From the NCBI RefSeq assembly GCF_002854065.1, contig NZ_CP024147.1: DNA of 64,000 bases; one strand, given 5' to 3'. The stretch comes from Escherichia coli. GTDB lineage: Bacteria; Pseudomonadota; Gammaproteobacteria; Enterobacterales; Enterobacteriaceae. Below the pieces are notes generated by a model. That model saw only the letters and a list, made by a program, of their open reading frames with translations. It made no database searches and was not told the DNA's origin. This document shows positions 33,353 to 45,554 of this stretch, piece after piece (position 1 is the first letter of the stretch; each line of letters opens with the position of its first letter). Made by a program: the position numbers and the translations under genes.

Positions 33353-34344
33353 TGCGTATTCGCTACGGTTGGGAACTGGCTCTTGCCGCACTGCTCGTAA
33401 TTGAGATTGTCGCATTTGGTGCAACTAACCCGCGGATGTTAGACCTCAATATGTTGCTGTTCAGCACCAGTGATTTTATCTGCATTGGCATTGTCGCCCT
33501 ACCGTTGACGATGGTGATTGTCAGTGGCGGGATCGATATTTCGTTTGGTTCGACCATCGGCCTCTGCGCCATTGCATTGGGCGTGCTGTTTCAAAGTGGT
33601 GTGCCGATGCCGCTGGCGATTCTTCTGACCTTACTGCTCGGCGCATTGTGCGGGCTGATCAACGCCGGATTAATTATCTATACCAAAGTTAACCCGCTGG
33701 TGATTACGCTTGGCACGCTGTATCTGTTTGCCGGAAGCGCCCTGCTGCTTTCCGGGATGGCCGGAGCGACGGGGTACGAAGGTATTGGTGGATTCCCGAT
33801 GGCGTTTACAGATTTCGCTAACCTGGATGTGTTGGGGCTCCCCGTTCCGCTGATTATCTTCCTGATATGTCTCCTCGTTTTCTGGCTCTGGCTGCATAAA
33901 ACCCATGCCGGACGTAATGTGTTTTTGATTGGGCAAAGCCCGCGCGTGGCGCTTTATAGCGCGATTCCAGTTAACCGCACCTTATGTGCGCTCTATGCCA
34001 TGACGGGGCTGGCGTCTGCGGTCGCCGCTGTGCTGCTGGTGTCGTATTTTGGTTCAGCACGTTCCGATCTCGGTGCGTCGTTTCTGATGCCCGCCATCAC
34101 CGCCGTGGTGCTTGGCGGTGCCAATATTTATGGTGGTTCCGGTTCCATTATCGGCACCGCCATTGCGGTTTTATTAGTGGGATATTTGCAACAAGGTTTG
34201 CAAATGGCAGGAGTGCCAAATCAGGTGTCCAGCGCCCTTTCCGGTGCGCTACTTATCGTCGTTGTCGTAGGTCGTTCCGTTAGCCTGCATCGCCAGCAAA
34301 TTAAAGAGTGGCTGGCGCGTCGGGCCAATAACCCATTGCCATAA
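33352..34344 (+). CDS. lsrD: AI-2 ABC transporter permease
   Basis: 330-aa polytopic membrane ORF; start overlaps lsrC stop. Confidence 0.9.
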   Translation: MRIRYGWELALAALLVIEIVAFGATNPRMLDLNMLLFSTSDFICIGIVALPLTMVIVSGGIDISFGSTIGLCAIALGVLFQSGVPMPLAILLTLLLGALCGLINAGLIIYTKVNPLVITLGTLYLFAGSALLLSGMAGATGYEGIGGFPMAFTDFANLDVLGLPVPLIIFLICLLVFWLWLHKTHAGRNVFLIGQSPRVALYSAIPVNRTLCALYAMTGLASAVAAVLLVSYFGSARSDLGASFLMPAITAVVLGGANIYGGSGSIIGTAIAVLLVGYLQQGLQMAGVPNQVSSALSGALLIVVVVGRSVSLHRQQIKEWLARRANNPLP

Positions 34345-34355
34345 AGGATATCTTC

Positions 34356-35378
34356 ATGACACTTCATCGCTTTAAGAAAATCGCCTTACTTAGCGCTCTT
34401 GGCATTGCCGCAATCTCTATGAATGTGCAGGCCGCAGAGCGTATTGCATTTATTCCCAAACTGGTTGGCGTGGGATTTTTTACCAGCGGTGGCAACGGCG
34501 CACAACAAGCGGGTAAAGAGCTGGGCGTTGATGTGACCTACGACGGGCCGACAGAACCCAGTGTTTCTAGTCAGGTACAGTTGATTAATAACTTCGTCAA
34601 TCAAGGTTATAACGCCATTATCGTTTCTGCGGTTTCGCCTGATGGCTTGTGTCCGGCACTGAAACGCGCCATGCAACGTGGTGTGAGAGTGCTGACCTGG
34701 GACTCTGATACTAAACCGGAGTGCCGCTCTTACTACATTAATCAGGGAACTCCCGCCCAGTTGGGAGGTATGTTGGTGGATATGGCGGCGCGTCAGGTGA
34801 ATAAAGACAAAGCCAAAGTCGCGTTTTTCTACTCAAGCCCCACCGTTACGGACCAAAACCAGTGGGTGAAAGAAGCGAAAGCGAAAATCGCCAAAGAGCA
34901 TCCTGGCTGGGAAATTGTCACTACGCAGTTTGGCTATAACGATGCCACTAAATCGTTACAAACCGCAGAAGGAATATTAAAAGCGTATAGCGATCTCGAC
35001 GCCATTATCGCCCCCGATGCCAATGCCCTGCCCGCTGCCGCACAAGCCGCAGAAAACCTGAAAAATGACAAAGTTGCGATTGTCGGATTCAGTACGCCAA
35101 ACGTGATGCGTCCATATGTGGAACGCGGCACGGTGAAAGAATTTGGCCTGTGGGATGTGGTTCAGCAAGGCAAAATTTCAGTTTATGTCGCGGATGCATT
35201 ATTGAAAAAAGGATCAATGAAAACGGGCGACAAGCTGGATATTCAGGGCGTAGGTCAGGTGGAAGTCTCGCCAAACAGCGTCCAGGGCTATGACTACGAA
35301 GCGGATGGTAATGGCATCGTACTGTTACCGGAGCGCGTGATATTCAACAAAGAGAATATCGGCAAATACGATTTCTGA
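34356..35378 (+). CDS. lsrB: periplasmic AI-2 binding protein
   Basis: 340-aa ORF with signal peptide; periplasmic sugar-binding fold. Confidence 0.9.
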   Translation: MTLHRFKKIALLSALGIAAISMNVQAAERIAFIPKLVGVGFFTSGGNGAQQAGKELGVDVTYDGPTEPSVSSQVQLINNFVNQGYNAIIVSAVSPDGLCPALKRAMQRGVRVLTWDSDTKPECRSYYINQGTPAQLGGMLVDMAARQVNKDKAKVAFFYSSPTVTDQNQWVKEAKAKIAKEHPGWEIVTTQFGYNDATKSLQTAEGILKAYSDLDAIIAPDANALPAAAQAAENLKNDKVAIVGFSTPNVMRPYVERGTVKEFGLWDVVQQGKISVYVADALLKKGSMKTGDKLDIQGVGQVEVSPNSVQGYDYEADGNGIVLLPERVIFNKENIGKYDF

Positions 35379-35404
35379 TGTGCATTACTTAACCGGAGTA
35401 AGTT

Positions 35405-36280
35405 ATGGCAGATTTAGACGATATTAAAGATGGTAAAGATTTTCGTACCGATCAACCGCAAAAAAATATCCCTTTTACCCTGAAAGGTTGCGGTGCGCTG
35501 GATTGGGGAATGCAGTCACGCTTATCGCGGATATTTAATCCGAAAACGGGTAAAACCGTGATGCTGGCTTTTGACCATGGTTATTTTCAGGGACCGACTA
35601 CCGGACTTGAACGCATTGATATAAATATCGCCCCGCTGTTTGAACATGCCGATGTATTAATGTGTACGCGCGGCATTTTGCGCAGCGTAGTTCCCCCTGC
35701 GACCAATAGGCCGGTGGTACTGCGGGCGTCAGGTGCGAACTCTATTCTGGCGGAATTAAGTAATGAAGCCGTGGCGTTATCGATGGATGACGCCGTGCGC
35801 CTGAACAGTTGCGCGGTGGCGGCGCAGGTTTATATCGGAAGCGAATATGAACATCAGTCGATCAAAAATATTATTCAGCTGGTCGATGCCGGAATGAAAG
35901 TGGGAATGCCGACCATGGCCGTGACAGGCGTGGGCAAAGATATGGTGCGCGATCAGCGTTATTTCTCGCTCGCGACTCGAATAGCCGCTGAAATGGGGGC
36001 GCTAATTATCAAAACCTATTATGTCGAAAAAGGTTTTGAACGGATTGTTGCCGGATGTCCGGTACCCATTGTTATTGCTGGCGGTAAAAAATTACCGGAG
36101 CGCGAGGCGCTGGAAATGTGCTGGCAGGCTATCGATCAGGGCGCTTCTGGTGTGGATATGGGGCGTAATATTTTCCAGTCTGACCATCCGGTGGCAATGA
36201 TGAAAGCCGTACAGGCGGTGGTACACCATAACGAAACGGCTGATCGGGCATATGAACTCTATCTGAGTGAAAAACAGTAA
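35405..36280 (+). CDS. lsrF: class I aldolase-like phospho-AI-2 thiolase
   Basis: 291-aa ORF in operon position after lsrB. Confidence 0.85.
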   Translation: MADLDDIKDGKDFRTDQPQKNIPFTLKGCGALDWGMQSRLSRIFNPKTGKTVMLAFDHGYFQGPTTGLERIDINIAPLFEHADVLMCTRGILRSVVPPATNRPVVLRASGANSILAELSNEAVALSMDDAVRLNSCAVAAQVYIGSEYEHQSIKNIIQLVDAGMKVGMPTMAVTGVGKDMVRDQRYFSLATRIAAEMGALIIKTYYVEKGFERIVAGCPVPIVIAGGKKLPEREALEMCWQAIDQGASGVDMGRNIFQSDHPVAMMKAVQAVVHHNETADRAYELYLSEKQ

Positions 36281-36303
36281 CTGCGGATTTAAGGAGAAGA
36301 ATT

Positions 36304-36594
36304 ATGCACGTCACACTGGTTGAAATTAACGTTCATGAAGACAAGGTTGACGAGTTTATCGAAGTTTTTCGCCAGAACCACCTGGGCTCTGTACAGGAAG
36401 AAGGCAATTTGCGCTTCGATGTCTTACAGGACCCGGAAGTGAATTCGCGCTTTTATATCTACGAAGCCTATAAAGATGAAGACGCAGTGGCATTCCATAA
36501 AACCACGCCTCACTACAAAACCTGTGTCGCGAAACTGGAATCTTTAATGACCGGGCCGCGTAAAAAACGTCTGTTCAATGGGTTGATGCCGTGA
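36304..36594 (+). CDS. lsrG: phospho-AI-2 isomerase (antibiotic-biosynthesis-monooxygenase fold)
   Basis: 96-aa ORF with RBS GGAGAA; last gene of the lsr operon. Confidence 0.85.
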   Translation: MHVTLVEINVHEDKVDEFIEVFRQNHLGSVQEEGNLRFDVLQDPEVNSRFYIYEAYKDEDAVAFHKTTPHYKTCVAKLESLMTGPRKKRLFNGLMP

Positions 36595-36650
36595 GGCGAA
36601 TTTATCAGTTTTATCTACAATTGGGGTAACGCGCTGACGGGAGTAAATAA

Positions 36651-37409
36651 ATGTCTGACTGGAACCCCTCTTTATATCTGCACTTTGCCGCTGAACGATC
36701 GCGTCCGGCGGTGGAGCTGCTTGCCAGAGTGCCGCTGGAGAATATCGAATACGTTGCCGATCTTGGCTGTGGCCCAGGTAACAGCACCGCCCTTCTACAA
36801 CAACGTTGGCCTGCTGCCAGGATAACGGGCATCGACTCGTCTCCGGCGATGATTGCCGAAGCGCGCAGTGCTTTGCCAGACTGCCAGTTTGTGGAAGCAG
36901 ATATCCGCAACTGGCAACCGGAACAGACACTCGATCTGATTTTTGCTAATGCCTCACTGCAATGGCTGCCCGACCACTACGAATTGTTTCCTCACTTGGT
37001 TTCTTTACTTAATCCGCAGGGCGTGCTGGCAGTACAGATGCCAGATAACTGGCTGGAGCCGACCCATGTGCTCATGCGCGAAGTTGCCTGGGAACAAAAC
37101 TACCCGGATCGCGGGCGTGAGCCGTTGGCTGGCGTTCATGCTTACTACGATATTTTGAGCGAAGCCGGATGTGAGGTCGATATCTGGCGAACCACCTACT
37201 ATCACCAGATGCCGTCGCACCAGGCGATTATCGATTGGGTGACCGCCACTGGATTACGTCCGTGGTTACAGGATCTGACCGAGAGCGAACAGCAGCTTTT
37301 TCTTACGCGCTACCATCAGATGTTGGAAGAGCAGTATCCACTGCAAGAGAACGGACAGATACTGCTGGCATTTCCGCGTCTGTTTATTGTTGCCCGACGT
37401 ACGGAGTAA
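36651..37409 (+). CDS. tam: trans-aconitate 2-methyltransferase
   Basis: 252-aa ORF; SAM-binding motif [12 protein letters not shown]. Confidence 0.85.
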   Translation: MSDWNPSLYLHFAAERSRPAVELLARVPLENIEYVADLGCGPGNSTALLQQRWPAARITGIDSSPAMIAEARSALPDCQFVEADIRNWQPEQTLDLIFANASLQWLPDHYELFPHLVSLLNPQGVLAVQMPDNWLEPTHVLMREVAWEQNYPDRGREPLAGVHAYYDILSEAGCEVDIWRTTYYHQMPSHQAIIDWVTATGLRPWLQDLTESEQQLFLTRYHQMLEEQYPLQENGQILLAFPRLFIVARRTE

Positions 37410-37412
37410 ATA

Positions 37413-38327
37413 TCACGTCAGTTGGTAATGGCGATCGGGAAGAATTTTTGCTGGAATTTCGGCTTCATCGTTCATCTGTAAGAGGTCAATTTCAATAGCG
37501 TTGCAGATGGCATCCAGTGGTAAATCATTGTTTTCAGTACCGAACGGATCTTCCAGTTCTTCCGCCAGACAATCCAGCGAAATAAAAGTGTAGGAAATCA
37601 GCACAGAGATAAAAGGCGTCATGTAATGCAGGTCCACGACCAGTGCGAACGGCAGCATGATACAAAACAGATAAACGGTACGATGCAAAATCAGGGTGTA
37701 GGCAAAGGGAATTGGCGTGTAGGCAATGCGCTCGCAGCCTGCCAGAACCGCTGAAATATCGTTAAGCCGATCGTTGAGGCTAATAAACAGGATATCTGAA
37801 AGCTGTCCATTGCGGCGCTGAACCGCCAACCATTCTCCCATTATTAACAAGATACGGTTAGCTGGAGAGTTCGAAGCCAGTACACGCTGAAGATCTTCAG
37901 TCTTGAGATAATGAGCCAGCACTTCCGCCTGTGGCTGTTTGCGTAATGTCATGCGTAAACAGTGAGCGAAGGCGATTTGCAGCCGGGCAAACTCCCTTAC
38001 ACTTGCCGAATCCGGCAATGTCGTTTTTACCTCGCGCAGTAACGACCGCGAGGCAATCATCAACTGCCCCCAAAGTTTTCGCGCTTCAACGTAACGGGCG
38101 TAACCGGCATTATTACGAAAACCAAGAAAAATGGCGATGGCGACACCGAGAATGCTGAACGGTGCGAGGGTGAATTTAATGCCCAAATGCGTGTACCAGG
38201 GCAGCATGAAAATAACAGCGATAGAAAAGAGAAAATTGAGTAGTAAGCGCGAGGATATCTTGGATAATACTGAACCGTGCCAGACAAAAATACGGCGCAG
38301 CCAGTGTTGTTGTGGACGAACAATCAT
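37413..38327 (-). CDS. yneE: bestrophin-like membrane protein
   Basis: ORF 37413..38378; start placed at internal Met (MIVRPQQHW) to give 304 aa; multiple hydrophobic segments. Confidence 0.75.
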   Translation of the reverse strand: MIVRPQQHWLRRIFVWHGSVLSKISSRLLLNFLFSIAVIFMLPWYTHLGIKFTLAPFSILGVAIAIFLGFRNNAGYARYVEARKLWGQLMIASRSLLREVKTTLPDSASVREFARLQIAFAHCLRMTLRKQPQAEVLAHYLKTEDLQRVLASNSPANRILLIMGEWLAVQRRNGQLSDILFISLNDRLNDISAVLAGCERIAYTPIPFAYTLILHRTVYLFCIMLPFALVVDLHYMTPFISVLISYTFISLDCLAEELEDPFGTENNDLPLDAICNAIEIDLLQMNDEAEIPAKILPDRHYQLT

Positions 38328-38487
38328 GGTTATCTTCAGGCGTGGAAAAGTCGCCCTATTAAACGTGATTACGATCACATTCTCAAGACGCTACTTACAA
38401 ATCACCTACAAAATTACAACATTAACAGGCGCTGCATGTGGCACCTGTTAATGATAAAGGCTCATAGGATGTTGTAACTAATATAAT

Positions 38488-38518
38488 GAAATAAGAAACC
38501 CGGTCGAAACCGGGTTCA
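38488..38518 (-). terminator. rho-independent terminator downstream of uxaB
   Basis: hairpin AACCCGGT-TTCG-ACCGGGTT (38497..38516) followed on the minus strand by TTTCTTATTT. Confidence 0.55.
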
Positions 38519-38523
38519 GAGTA

Positions 38524-39975
38524 TTAGCACAACGGACGTACAGCTTCGCGCATCCCTTTTTCAAGAATCGCATCCAGGTCATTAGCAACCTGCTCGACCA
38601 GACCAGGCACTTGCGTCAGGTCCTGCTCCCAGTGGTCTTTTTCTGCCAACACAATCGCAACCAGTTCCTGGGTACCGATAACACGGTCACGATGCTGGCT
38701 CCAGAGTTGCTGATAACGTTCCAGCCAGTGTGCATCGTCCTGTACCGGATATGTTTCTCCGTTACGCTCACCGCGATAGAACGCAATCAATGCCGCTAAT
38801 GCGAAAGTAAGGCGCGCCGGAAGTGTGCCGTTTGCCTTCTGCCCTGCCAGTAGCTGCGGCAGGATGCGGGTACGGAACTTGGTCATACCGTTGAGCGCGA
38901 TAGACAGCAGCTGATGCTTGATGTACGGGTTACGGAAACGCCCGGTGACTGCACTGGCGAAAGACTCCAGTTCATCGCGAGGCAAATCCAGAACCGGAAT
39001 AATTTCTTCGTAGATGGCTTTTTCAACGAATGCGCAAATTTCAGCATCGTTCATCGCTTCACCTACGGTATCCAGCCCTGCCTGGAACGCCACCGGCACC
39101 AACGCGGTGTGTGCACCGTTGAGTATTGCCACTTTGCGTTCTTTATACGGTTTAATATCGTCAACAATCAGCACGTTGAGCGGATATTTGTCCAGACGCA
39201 GCTCGGTCGCTAAGGATTTCGGTCCCTGAATCACAAACAGGTAAAAGTGTTCAGCGGTGTCGAGGAAACCATCGTGATAACCCAGTTCTTCTTCCAGTTT
39301 AGCCACTTCATCACGCGGATAACCGGTAACGATACGGTCCACCAGCGTAGAACAGAAGCTGTTAGCCTGATCCAGCCATTGAATAAATGCTTCTGGCAGT
39401 GCCCACTCTTGCGCATAGCGCAGCACCAGTTCACGCAACGCGTCGCCATTGTAGTCGATCAACTCACACGGGATGATGATCCAACCTTTATCCAGCGCAC
39501 CGTTGAAATGGCTAAAACGTTCGAACAGCAGACGGGTCAGTTTTGCCGGATAACTTACCGCTGGCGCGTCATCGAATTTATCGCCCGCATGGTAGCTGAT
39601 ACCCGCTTCGGTGGTGTTAGAGAAAACAAAGCGCATTTCCGGGTTGTGCGCCAGTTTCAGGAATTCATCGTATTCACTGTAGACGCTGATTTCACGATTA
39701 ACAGAGCGAATCAGACGCGCGTCGCTGACCGCTTCCCCCTTTTCATTCAGGCCACGGATAATGGTGGTGTACAGACCATCCTGCGTGCTCAGTGACGGCG
39801 GGAATGAAGTTTCAATCGGACGAACAACGACCACACCAGAATTCAGATCGGTGTGCTCATTCAGGAGATCTATTTGCCAGTCAACAAAGGCGCGCAGGAA
39901 GTTACCTTCACCAAACTGAATGATACGTTCTGGATACTGTGCACCGGGAAAATCGCGACGATTTAGTGTTTTCAC
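38524..39975 (-). CDS. uxaB: altronate oxidoreductase (mannitol dehydrogenase family)
   Basis: 483-aa ORF. Confidence 0.9.
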   Translation of the reverse strand: MKTLNRRDFPGAQYPERIIQFGEGNFLRAFVDWQIDLLNEHTDLNSGVVVVRPIETSFPPSLSTQDGLYTTIIRGLNEKGEAVSDARLIRSVNREISVYSEYDEFLKLAHNPEMRFVFSNTTEAGISYHAGDKFDDAPAVSYPAKLTRLLFERFSHFNGALDKGWIIIPCELIDYNGDALRELVLRYAQEWALPEAFIQWLDQANSFCSTLVDRIVTGYPRDEVAKLEEELGYHDGFLDTAEHFYLFVIQGPKSLATELRLDKYPLNVLIVDDIKPYKERKVAILNGAHTALVPVAFQAGLDTVGEAMNDAEICAFVEKAIYEEIIPVLDLPRDELESFASAVTGRFRNPYIKHQLLSIALNGMTKFRTRILPQLLAGQKANGTLPARLTFALAALIAFYRGERNGETYPVQDDAHWLERYQQLWSQHRDRVIGTQELVAIVLAEKDHWEQDLTQVPGLVEQVANDLDAILEKGMREAVRPLC

Positions 39976-40201
39976 AATGGGTTCCCTTCTGATTAGTCAT
40001 ACAACCTGTTTGAATTGGTACGACAGGTTAGCAAACTTTAATACGCCGAACCCCTGTTTTGATCAACTCCTGATGATTAATGAGCAGTTTTATGAGAAAA
40101 GTGTGGCGCGGATCATGGTTTAATCGAGGAAATACGCCTTTTCCTGGATCATAAAGTGGTAGAACACATTGCATTCAAATCGCTCTGAATGAATAAAGAT
40201 G

Positions 40202-41461
40202 TCAGACAACTTCCTCACCGTAACGCATAGTGCTGGTACGGTTGCGCCCATCTTTCTTCGAGCGATACAGACACGTATCGGCTTCGACCATCAATTTATT
40301 AAAGTCATCGGTCAGCGTTCGGTACGATGCGCGACCACTACCGACGCCAATACTTACCGTGAGATAAAGCGTTTTTTGTTGCCAGGTGAATGGTTGCAGT
40401 TCAACGCCTTTACGGATTTTTTCCGCCATTAGCAGACCATCGACAGGATTCACCGACGGCACTGCAACAGCAAATTCTTCGCCGCCCATTCGCGCCACCA
40501 GCCCCTTATCACCGACAATCTTCTGGATATGCCGGGCAAACACGCTTAACACTTTATCGCCACATTCATGTCCATAGTTATCGTTAATACTTTTGAAATA
40601 GTCGATATCAAGCAGCATGACAGTCAGATGTTGTGTCTGTTTCAGCGATGGACTTTTCAGCGCCTCATAAAGACCGGACCGTGAGTAAACCTGAGTCAGA
40701 AAATCAAAGTCGGCTCGCAGCGCAACTTGCTTCATTAGCGAATTGATCGCTGCCACGCTAAAAGAAACCATAATTGGGCATATCGCCATCGTGGCAATAC
40801 CGAGACGTGCGGAGAACATTTCCGGAATGGAGAACGGCGAACCGACCGAGATATCAATCACCGAATTAGCCACCAGTACGATTTCCACCGCACCGGTGAC
40901 AAAGGTCAACAGACATGTTACCTGCGGCGTATAGCGCACTGCACACCAGATTAATGCAGGCAGCGGGAACGCCAGACTCCCCGCTCCACCAATGACTACC
41001 GAGGCAATAACCGACACAATAAGCGCGATGGCGGGCATCATCTGTTCTGCTTTAAAGCGCGGCAGCACTCCAGGAATAGCCAACGTCAGCATACAAGGCA
41101 CGATCAACACGCCCGTTGAGAATTGCTCACTGAACCAGTCCGCAAGCAAAGGCCAGAAATCCAGACTATCAATACTGACCGAACCAATCGCCCCGACAAT
41201 AGCGCATAATAATGCGGCAATCAGACAGTAATTAAATAGCCGTAAGGCACTTACTGGCTCATACTTATTTTTCCCCAGACGCTTATCCCGCACGACCAGT
41301 AAGGCGACGGTAACAATAAACATCATATTGGAGAAATTGATAGCCAGTGAAACCAGTCCCCATTCGGTGGTTATGGCATCATAAACCAGCATCGCCACAT
41401 AACTGATCGCGTAGTAATGCAGTCGATTAAGCCAGACATAGCGGGCAAACACCCCCGCCAT
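40202..41461 (-). CDS. yneF: membrane-anchored diguanylate cyclase (GGDEF)
   Basis: 419-aa ORF; N-terminal transmembrane segments, C-terminal GGDEF domain with RMGGEEF; true start uncertain (see findings). Confidence 0.7.
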   Translation of the reverse strand: MAGVFARYVWLNRLHYYAISYVAMLVYDAITTEWGLVSLAINFSNMMFIVTVALLVVRDKRLGKNKYEPVSALRLFNYCLIAALLCAIVGAIGSVSIDSLDFWPLLADWFSEQFSTGVLIVPCMLTLAIPGVLPRFKAEQMMPAIALIVSVIASVVIGGAGSLAFPLPALIWCAVRYTPQVTCLLTFVTGAVEIVLVANSVIDISVGSPFSIPEMFSARLGIATMAICPIMVSFSVAAINSLMKQVALRADFDFLTQVYSRSGLYEALKSPSLKQTQHLTVMLLDIDYFKSINDNYGHECGDKVLSVFARHIQKIVGDKGLVARMGGEEFAVAVPSVNPVDGLLMAEKIRKGVELQPFTWQQKTLYLTVSIGVGSGRASYRTLTDDFNKLMVEADTCLYRSKKDGRNRTSTMRYGEEVV

Positions 41462-41757
41462 TACGCCATTCAGGGCCAGAAAAGAGAAAGTTCGTGAACC
41501 AGCCGTAACTCTGCACCAATAAAATAGAACAGCGTGGTTAGCGCAAAAATAGCGATGCTATTACGTAGCAGATGACCTTCCTGGAACAAACGGAAAGTTG
41601 AAATGGGGTGTACATGCATTAATTATCTGTCCATACAATTGCGGGTGGCAATTATCTCAACGTAATAAGTAAATTCTCATAAAGGATAGCATGTTCGCTG
41701 ACAGCGGCGGCAAATAAAGGTACCCTGGGAATGCTATTTTATCGTTTTCCGCAATTC

Positions 41758-42117
41758 TCATAGCTGATTCATCTGTACAACCAGCCAGTGATAGATTACC
41801 GCCACGATATAACGTTGTTGTTCTTCGCTTAACGAAACACCCTGCGGAATGTTATGCCACTTAGCCAGACAACCGCGACAGCAGGTCGCGGTGGCGTGCT
41901 GAGCGATAAACACCGGATGCCCGCGCATGGGGGTTTGCTTACCGTCATTAGCCGGTAATGCCGGAGCAAGACGTTTAGCGACAAAATCCGCCGCATGTTG
42001 TTCGATGACTGGCGCGCCTTTCTCCAGACAATACTGACGCTCTTTCATGCCCAAACGAAAGCGAGATCGAAATTTTGAACGGGATAAACGCGCGAAGAGT
42101 GGATCGAGAGACTGCAT
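41758..42117 (-). CDS. yneG: uncharacterized protein
   Basis: 119-aa ORF whose start overlaps the glsB stop. Confidence 0.75.
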   Translation of the reverse strand: MQSLDPLFARLSRSKFRSRFRLGMKERQYCLEKGAPVIEQHAADFVAKRLAPALPANDGKQTPMRGHPVFIAQHATATCCRGCLAKWHNIPQGVSLSEEQQRYIVAVIYHWLVVQMNQL

Positions 42118-43043
42118 TAATAAACCGAACGCCCTAACTGTTTCGTCAATTGTTCAAGGACGGCAATGCCCGCAAGCGAGTTACCTGCATCATCCAGTTC
42201 CGGACTCCAGACTGCGATGGCCATTTCATGCGGAACAATCGCCACAATACCGCCCCCAACGCCAGATTTCGCCGGTAGTCCCACCCGCCAGGCAAACTCC
42301 CCCGCGTTCTGGTACATACCACTGGTCGCCATCAGCGCGTTAATTTGCCGCGCCTGCATTGGCGTCACCACTGGTTCATCAATATGAATAGCTTTCCCCT
42401 GATTAGCCAGAAAGACAAACGTCCGGGCCAGCTCTACACAGCTCATTTTCAGAGCGCAGTAATGAAAGTAGTTTTGCAGAACGGTTGTCACGTCATGATG
42501 GAAATTGCCAAACGACTTCATCAGCCAGGCGATAGCCGCATTTCGCGCGGAATGTTCAAATTCGGAACGCGCTACCACCGTATCGTAGGAAATATCAGAC
42601 ACACCGCTTAAGCCGCGCACGACTTCCAGCATACGTTGCCGTGGTGCGCTTAATCGCCCTTGCAACATATCGCAGACCACCAGCGCACCGGCATTAATAA
42701 ACGGATTACGCGGAATACCCTGCTCCATTTCCAGTTGCACTAAAGAATTGAACGGTGATCCAGACGGATCTTTGCCGACGCGTTGCCAGATTTCCTCTTC
42801 GGAGTAATGACGCATGGCGACAACGAGACTCAGCACTTTAGAAATAGACTGAATGGAAAAACGTTCTTGCGCGTCTCCGGCCTGAAAAAGCTGTCCGTCA
42901 ACGGTACAGATAGCAATGCCCAATCGGGAACCGTCTACCGTAGCCAGCGCTGGGATATAATCCGCGACTTTACCCTGACCAATGAGCGGCCGGACTTGCC
43001 GCAAGATGTTTTCTAAAATTGCATTATCCATGGCGACTGCCAC
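42117..43043 (-). CDS. glsB: glutaminase 2
   Basis: 308-aa ORF; serine-dependent glutaminase family. Confidence 0.85.
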   Translation of the reverse strand: MAVAMDNAILENILRQVRPLIGQGKVADYIPALATVDGSRLGIAICTVDGQLFQAGDAQERFSIQSISKVLSLVVAMRHYSEEEIWQRVGKDPSGSPFNSLVQLEMEQGIPRNPFINAGALVVCDMLQGRLSAPRQRMLEVVRGLSGVSDISYDTVVARSEFEHSARNAAIAWLMKSFGNFHHDVTTVLQNYFHYCALKMSCVELARTFVFLANQGKAIHIDEPVVTPMQARQINALMATSGMYQNAGEFAWRVGLPAKSGVGGGIVAIVPHEMAIAVWSPELDDAGNSLAGIAVLEQLTKQLGRSVY

Positions 43044-43106
43044 TTTCTACTCCTGGACCGCAGGTCTGAAAAGACCTGCGAGTATATCAGAGCTGAATAT
43101 GTCGCG

Positions 43107-44495
43107 TCAGATCCGGTCTTTCCACACCGTCTGGATATTACAGAATTCGTGTAAGCCGAAATGGGAAAGCTCACGACCAAAGCCACTCTTTTTCACGCCA
43201 CCAAAGGCCACTCGCGCGTCGCTGGCACAATAACCATTGATAAACACCCCACCGCATTCCAGACGTGCCGCCATCTGTCTGGCCTGTGTTTCGTCGGTGG
43301 TAAAAATGGTCGCTGAAAGGCCGAACTCACTATCATTAGCCAGTGCCAGCGCATGTTCTGCATCTTTCGCAATGGTGATTGCCGCAACGGGGCCAAACAT
43401 TTCTTCCCGAAACGCGGTCATTTCTGGGGTAACATTCGCCAGAACCGTTGGCGGATAGTAGTTACCTGCCCCAGCCATCTTTTCCCCGCCCAGTAACAAA
43501 CGCGCACCTTGCGCCAGGGTTTTCTCCACCTGATGATGCAGCTCATCACGTAAATCGAAACGAGCCATTGGTCCGAGAGCGTTATCTTCGTCACGGGGAT
43601 CGCCCATTTTCAAGGCTGCCGCAGCTGCCACAAAACGTTCGGTAAATGCCGAAGCAATTCCCTCTTCGATAATAAAGCGTTTTGCCGCTGCACAAACCTG
43701 TCCGGTATTCTGATAACGTCCGGCTACCGCCGCTTTAACCGCCAGTTCCAGATCGGCATCGTTAAGCACAATAAATGGATCCGAACCGCCCAGTTCCAGT
43801 ACGCATTTTTTCAGTGCCGCTCCAGCCTGTGCACCAATAGCCGCTCCCGCACGAACACTTCCGGTCACCGTGACAGCAGCAATGCGCGAGTCTTTAATCA
43901 TCTGACTGACACCGTCGTTGTGGGCATTCAGCCAGCCATATACGCCTTGTGGGATTCCCGCATCTTTAAACACCTGGGCAATGAGCTGAGCACAGCCCAT
44001 CACATTCGGCGCATGTTTAAGTAAGTAACCGTTACCAGCAAGAATGATGGGAACAGCGCCACGCATCACCTGCCATAACGGAAAATTCCACGGCATAATC
44101 GCCAGAATCGTCCCCAACGGTCGATACTCAATAACTGCCTGCTGATTTTCCACCAGCGTAGGTTCCGCCTTCAGCATTGCCGGACCATGTTCTGCATACC
44201 AGTCACACAAATTCGCCGATTTCGCCACTTCAGCGCGCGCCTGGTTGATTGGTTTGCCCATTTCGCGGGTGATCATTTGCGCCATTTCTTCGCTACGGGC
44301 GCGCAGAGCCTTACCGATATCACGCAGTTTTTCAGCACGATAATCTATATTTGTCTCGCGCCAGTCACGAAAGCCTGCTGCCGCCAGCTGAAGTGCGTTT
44401 TCGATATCATCAGCGCCAGCCCACGGCAACACAGAAAGTTGTTCACCCGTGGCAGGATTTATCGAAATTGCATGAGTTGCCGGAGTAATGGTCAT
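43107..44495 (-). CDS. sad: NAD-dependent succinate-semialdehyde dehydrogenase
   Basis: ORF 43107..44519; 462 aa from [10 protein letters not shown]; aldehyde dehydrogenase catalytic Cys region [10 protein letters not shown]. Confidence 0.85.
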   Translation of the reverse strand: MTITPATHAISINPATGEQLSVLPWAGADDIENALQLAAAGFRDWRETNIDYRAEKLRDIGKALRARSEEMAQMITREMGKPINQARAEVAKSANLCDWYAEHGPAMLKAEPTLVENQQAVIEYRPLGTILAIMPWNFPLWQVMRGAVPIILAGNGYLLKHAPNVMGCAQLIAQVFKDAGIPQGVYGWLNAHNDGVSQMIKDSRIAAVTVTGSVRAGAAIGAQAGAALKKCVLELGGSDPFIVLNDADLELAVKAAVAGRYQNTGQVCAAAKRFIIEEGIASAFTERFVAAAAALKMGDPRDEDNALGPMARFDLRDELHHQVEKTLAQGARLLLGGEKMAGAGNYYPPTVLANVTPEMTAFREEMFGPVAAITIAKDAEHALALANDSEFGLSATIFTTDETQARQMAARLECGGVFINGYCASDARVAFGGVKKSGFGRELSHFGLHEFCNIQTVWKDRI

Positions 44496-44595
44496 CGGGG
44501 TATCTCCTTTATGAGTCATGGTATGAAGATACGCAGATTTACTCTTGCTTTAAAATGAATAATATTAAGCCACTTATTCACGAATCGAGAATATT

Positions 44596-45477
44596 ATGGA
44601 TCTGACCCAACTGGAGATGTTCAACGCGGTTGCCGAAGCTGGCAGCATTACGCAGGCTGCAGCAATAGTGCATCGCGTGCCGTCGAATCTCACTACCCGT
44701 CTACGCCAGCTGGAAACAGAACTGGGGGTAGATCTGTTTATTCGCGAGAATCAGCGTTTACGTCTATCTCCTGCCGGGCATAACTTTTTACGCTATAGCC
44801 AACAAATTCTCGCGTTAGTGGATGAAGCGCGGAGCGTTGTCGCTGGCGATGAGCCGCAAGGTTTATTTTCTCTGGGTTCGCTGGAAAGCACCGCAGCAGT
44901 TCGCATTCCGGCCACGCTGGCGGAATTCAACCGTCGTTATCCCAAAATTCAGTTTTCACTTTCCACCGGCCCTTCCGGCACTATGCTGGAAGGTGTGCTG
45001 GAGGGAAAACTTAATGCGGCGTTTATTGATGGACCCATTAACCATACTGCCATTGACGGGATACCGGTATACCGCGAGGAGCTGATGATCGTCACGCCAC
45101 AAGGTCATGCGCCAGTAATCCGTGCCAGTCAGGTTAATGGCAGTAACATTTATGCCTTCCGCGCCAATTGTTCGTATCGTCGCCACTTCGAGAGCTGGTT
45201 TCATGCTGACGGTGCCGCTCCGGGAACTATCCATGAGATGGAGTCTTATCACGGAATGTTGGCCTGTGTGGTCGCAGGAGCAGGTATTGCGCTTATTCCG
45301 CGCTCTATGCTGGAAAGTATGCCGGGGCATCACCAGGTTGAAGCGTGGCCGTTAGCTGAGCAATGGCGTTGGCTAACAACCTGGCTGGTCTGGCGTCGTG
45401 GTGCGAAAACGCGTCCGCTCGAGGCATTTATTCAACTACTGGATGTGCCTGACTCGACAAAACAGGGTTACCAATGA
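44596..45477 (+). CDS. yneJ: LysR-family transcriptional regulator
   Basis: 293-aa ORF; N-terminal HTH; divergent from sad. Confidence 0.85.
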   Translation: MDLTQLEMFNAVAEAGSITQAAAIVHRVPSNLTTRLRQLETELGVDLFIRENQRLRLSPAGHNFLRYSQQILALVDEARSVVAGDEPQGLFSLGSLESTAAVRIPATLAEFNRRYPKIQFSLSTGPSGTMLEGVLEGKLNAAFIDGPINHTAIDGIPVYREELMIVTPQGHAPVIRASQVNGSNIYAFRANCSYRRHFESWFHADGAAPGTIHEMESYHGMLACVVAGAGIALIPRSMLESMPGHHQVEAWPLAEQWRWLTTWLVWRRGAKTRPLEAFIQLLDVPDSTKQGYQ

Positions 45478-45554
45478 GCTATTTTTGATAGTTCTTGCGG
45501 CTAATATGCTCTATATAGTGATGTTCCGATGACTTATGACTATATGGGGCAAAT

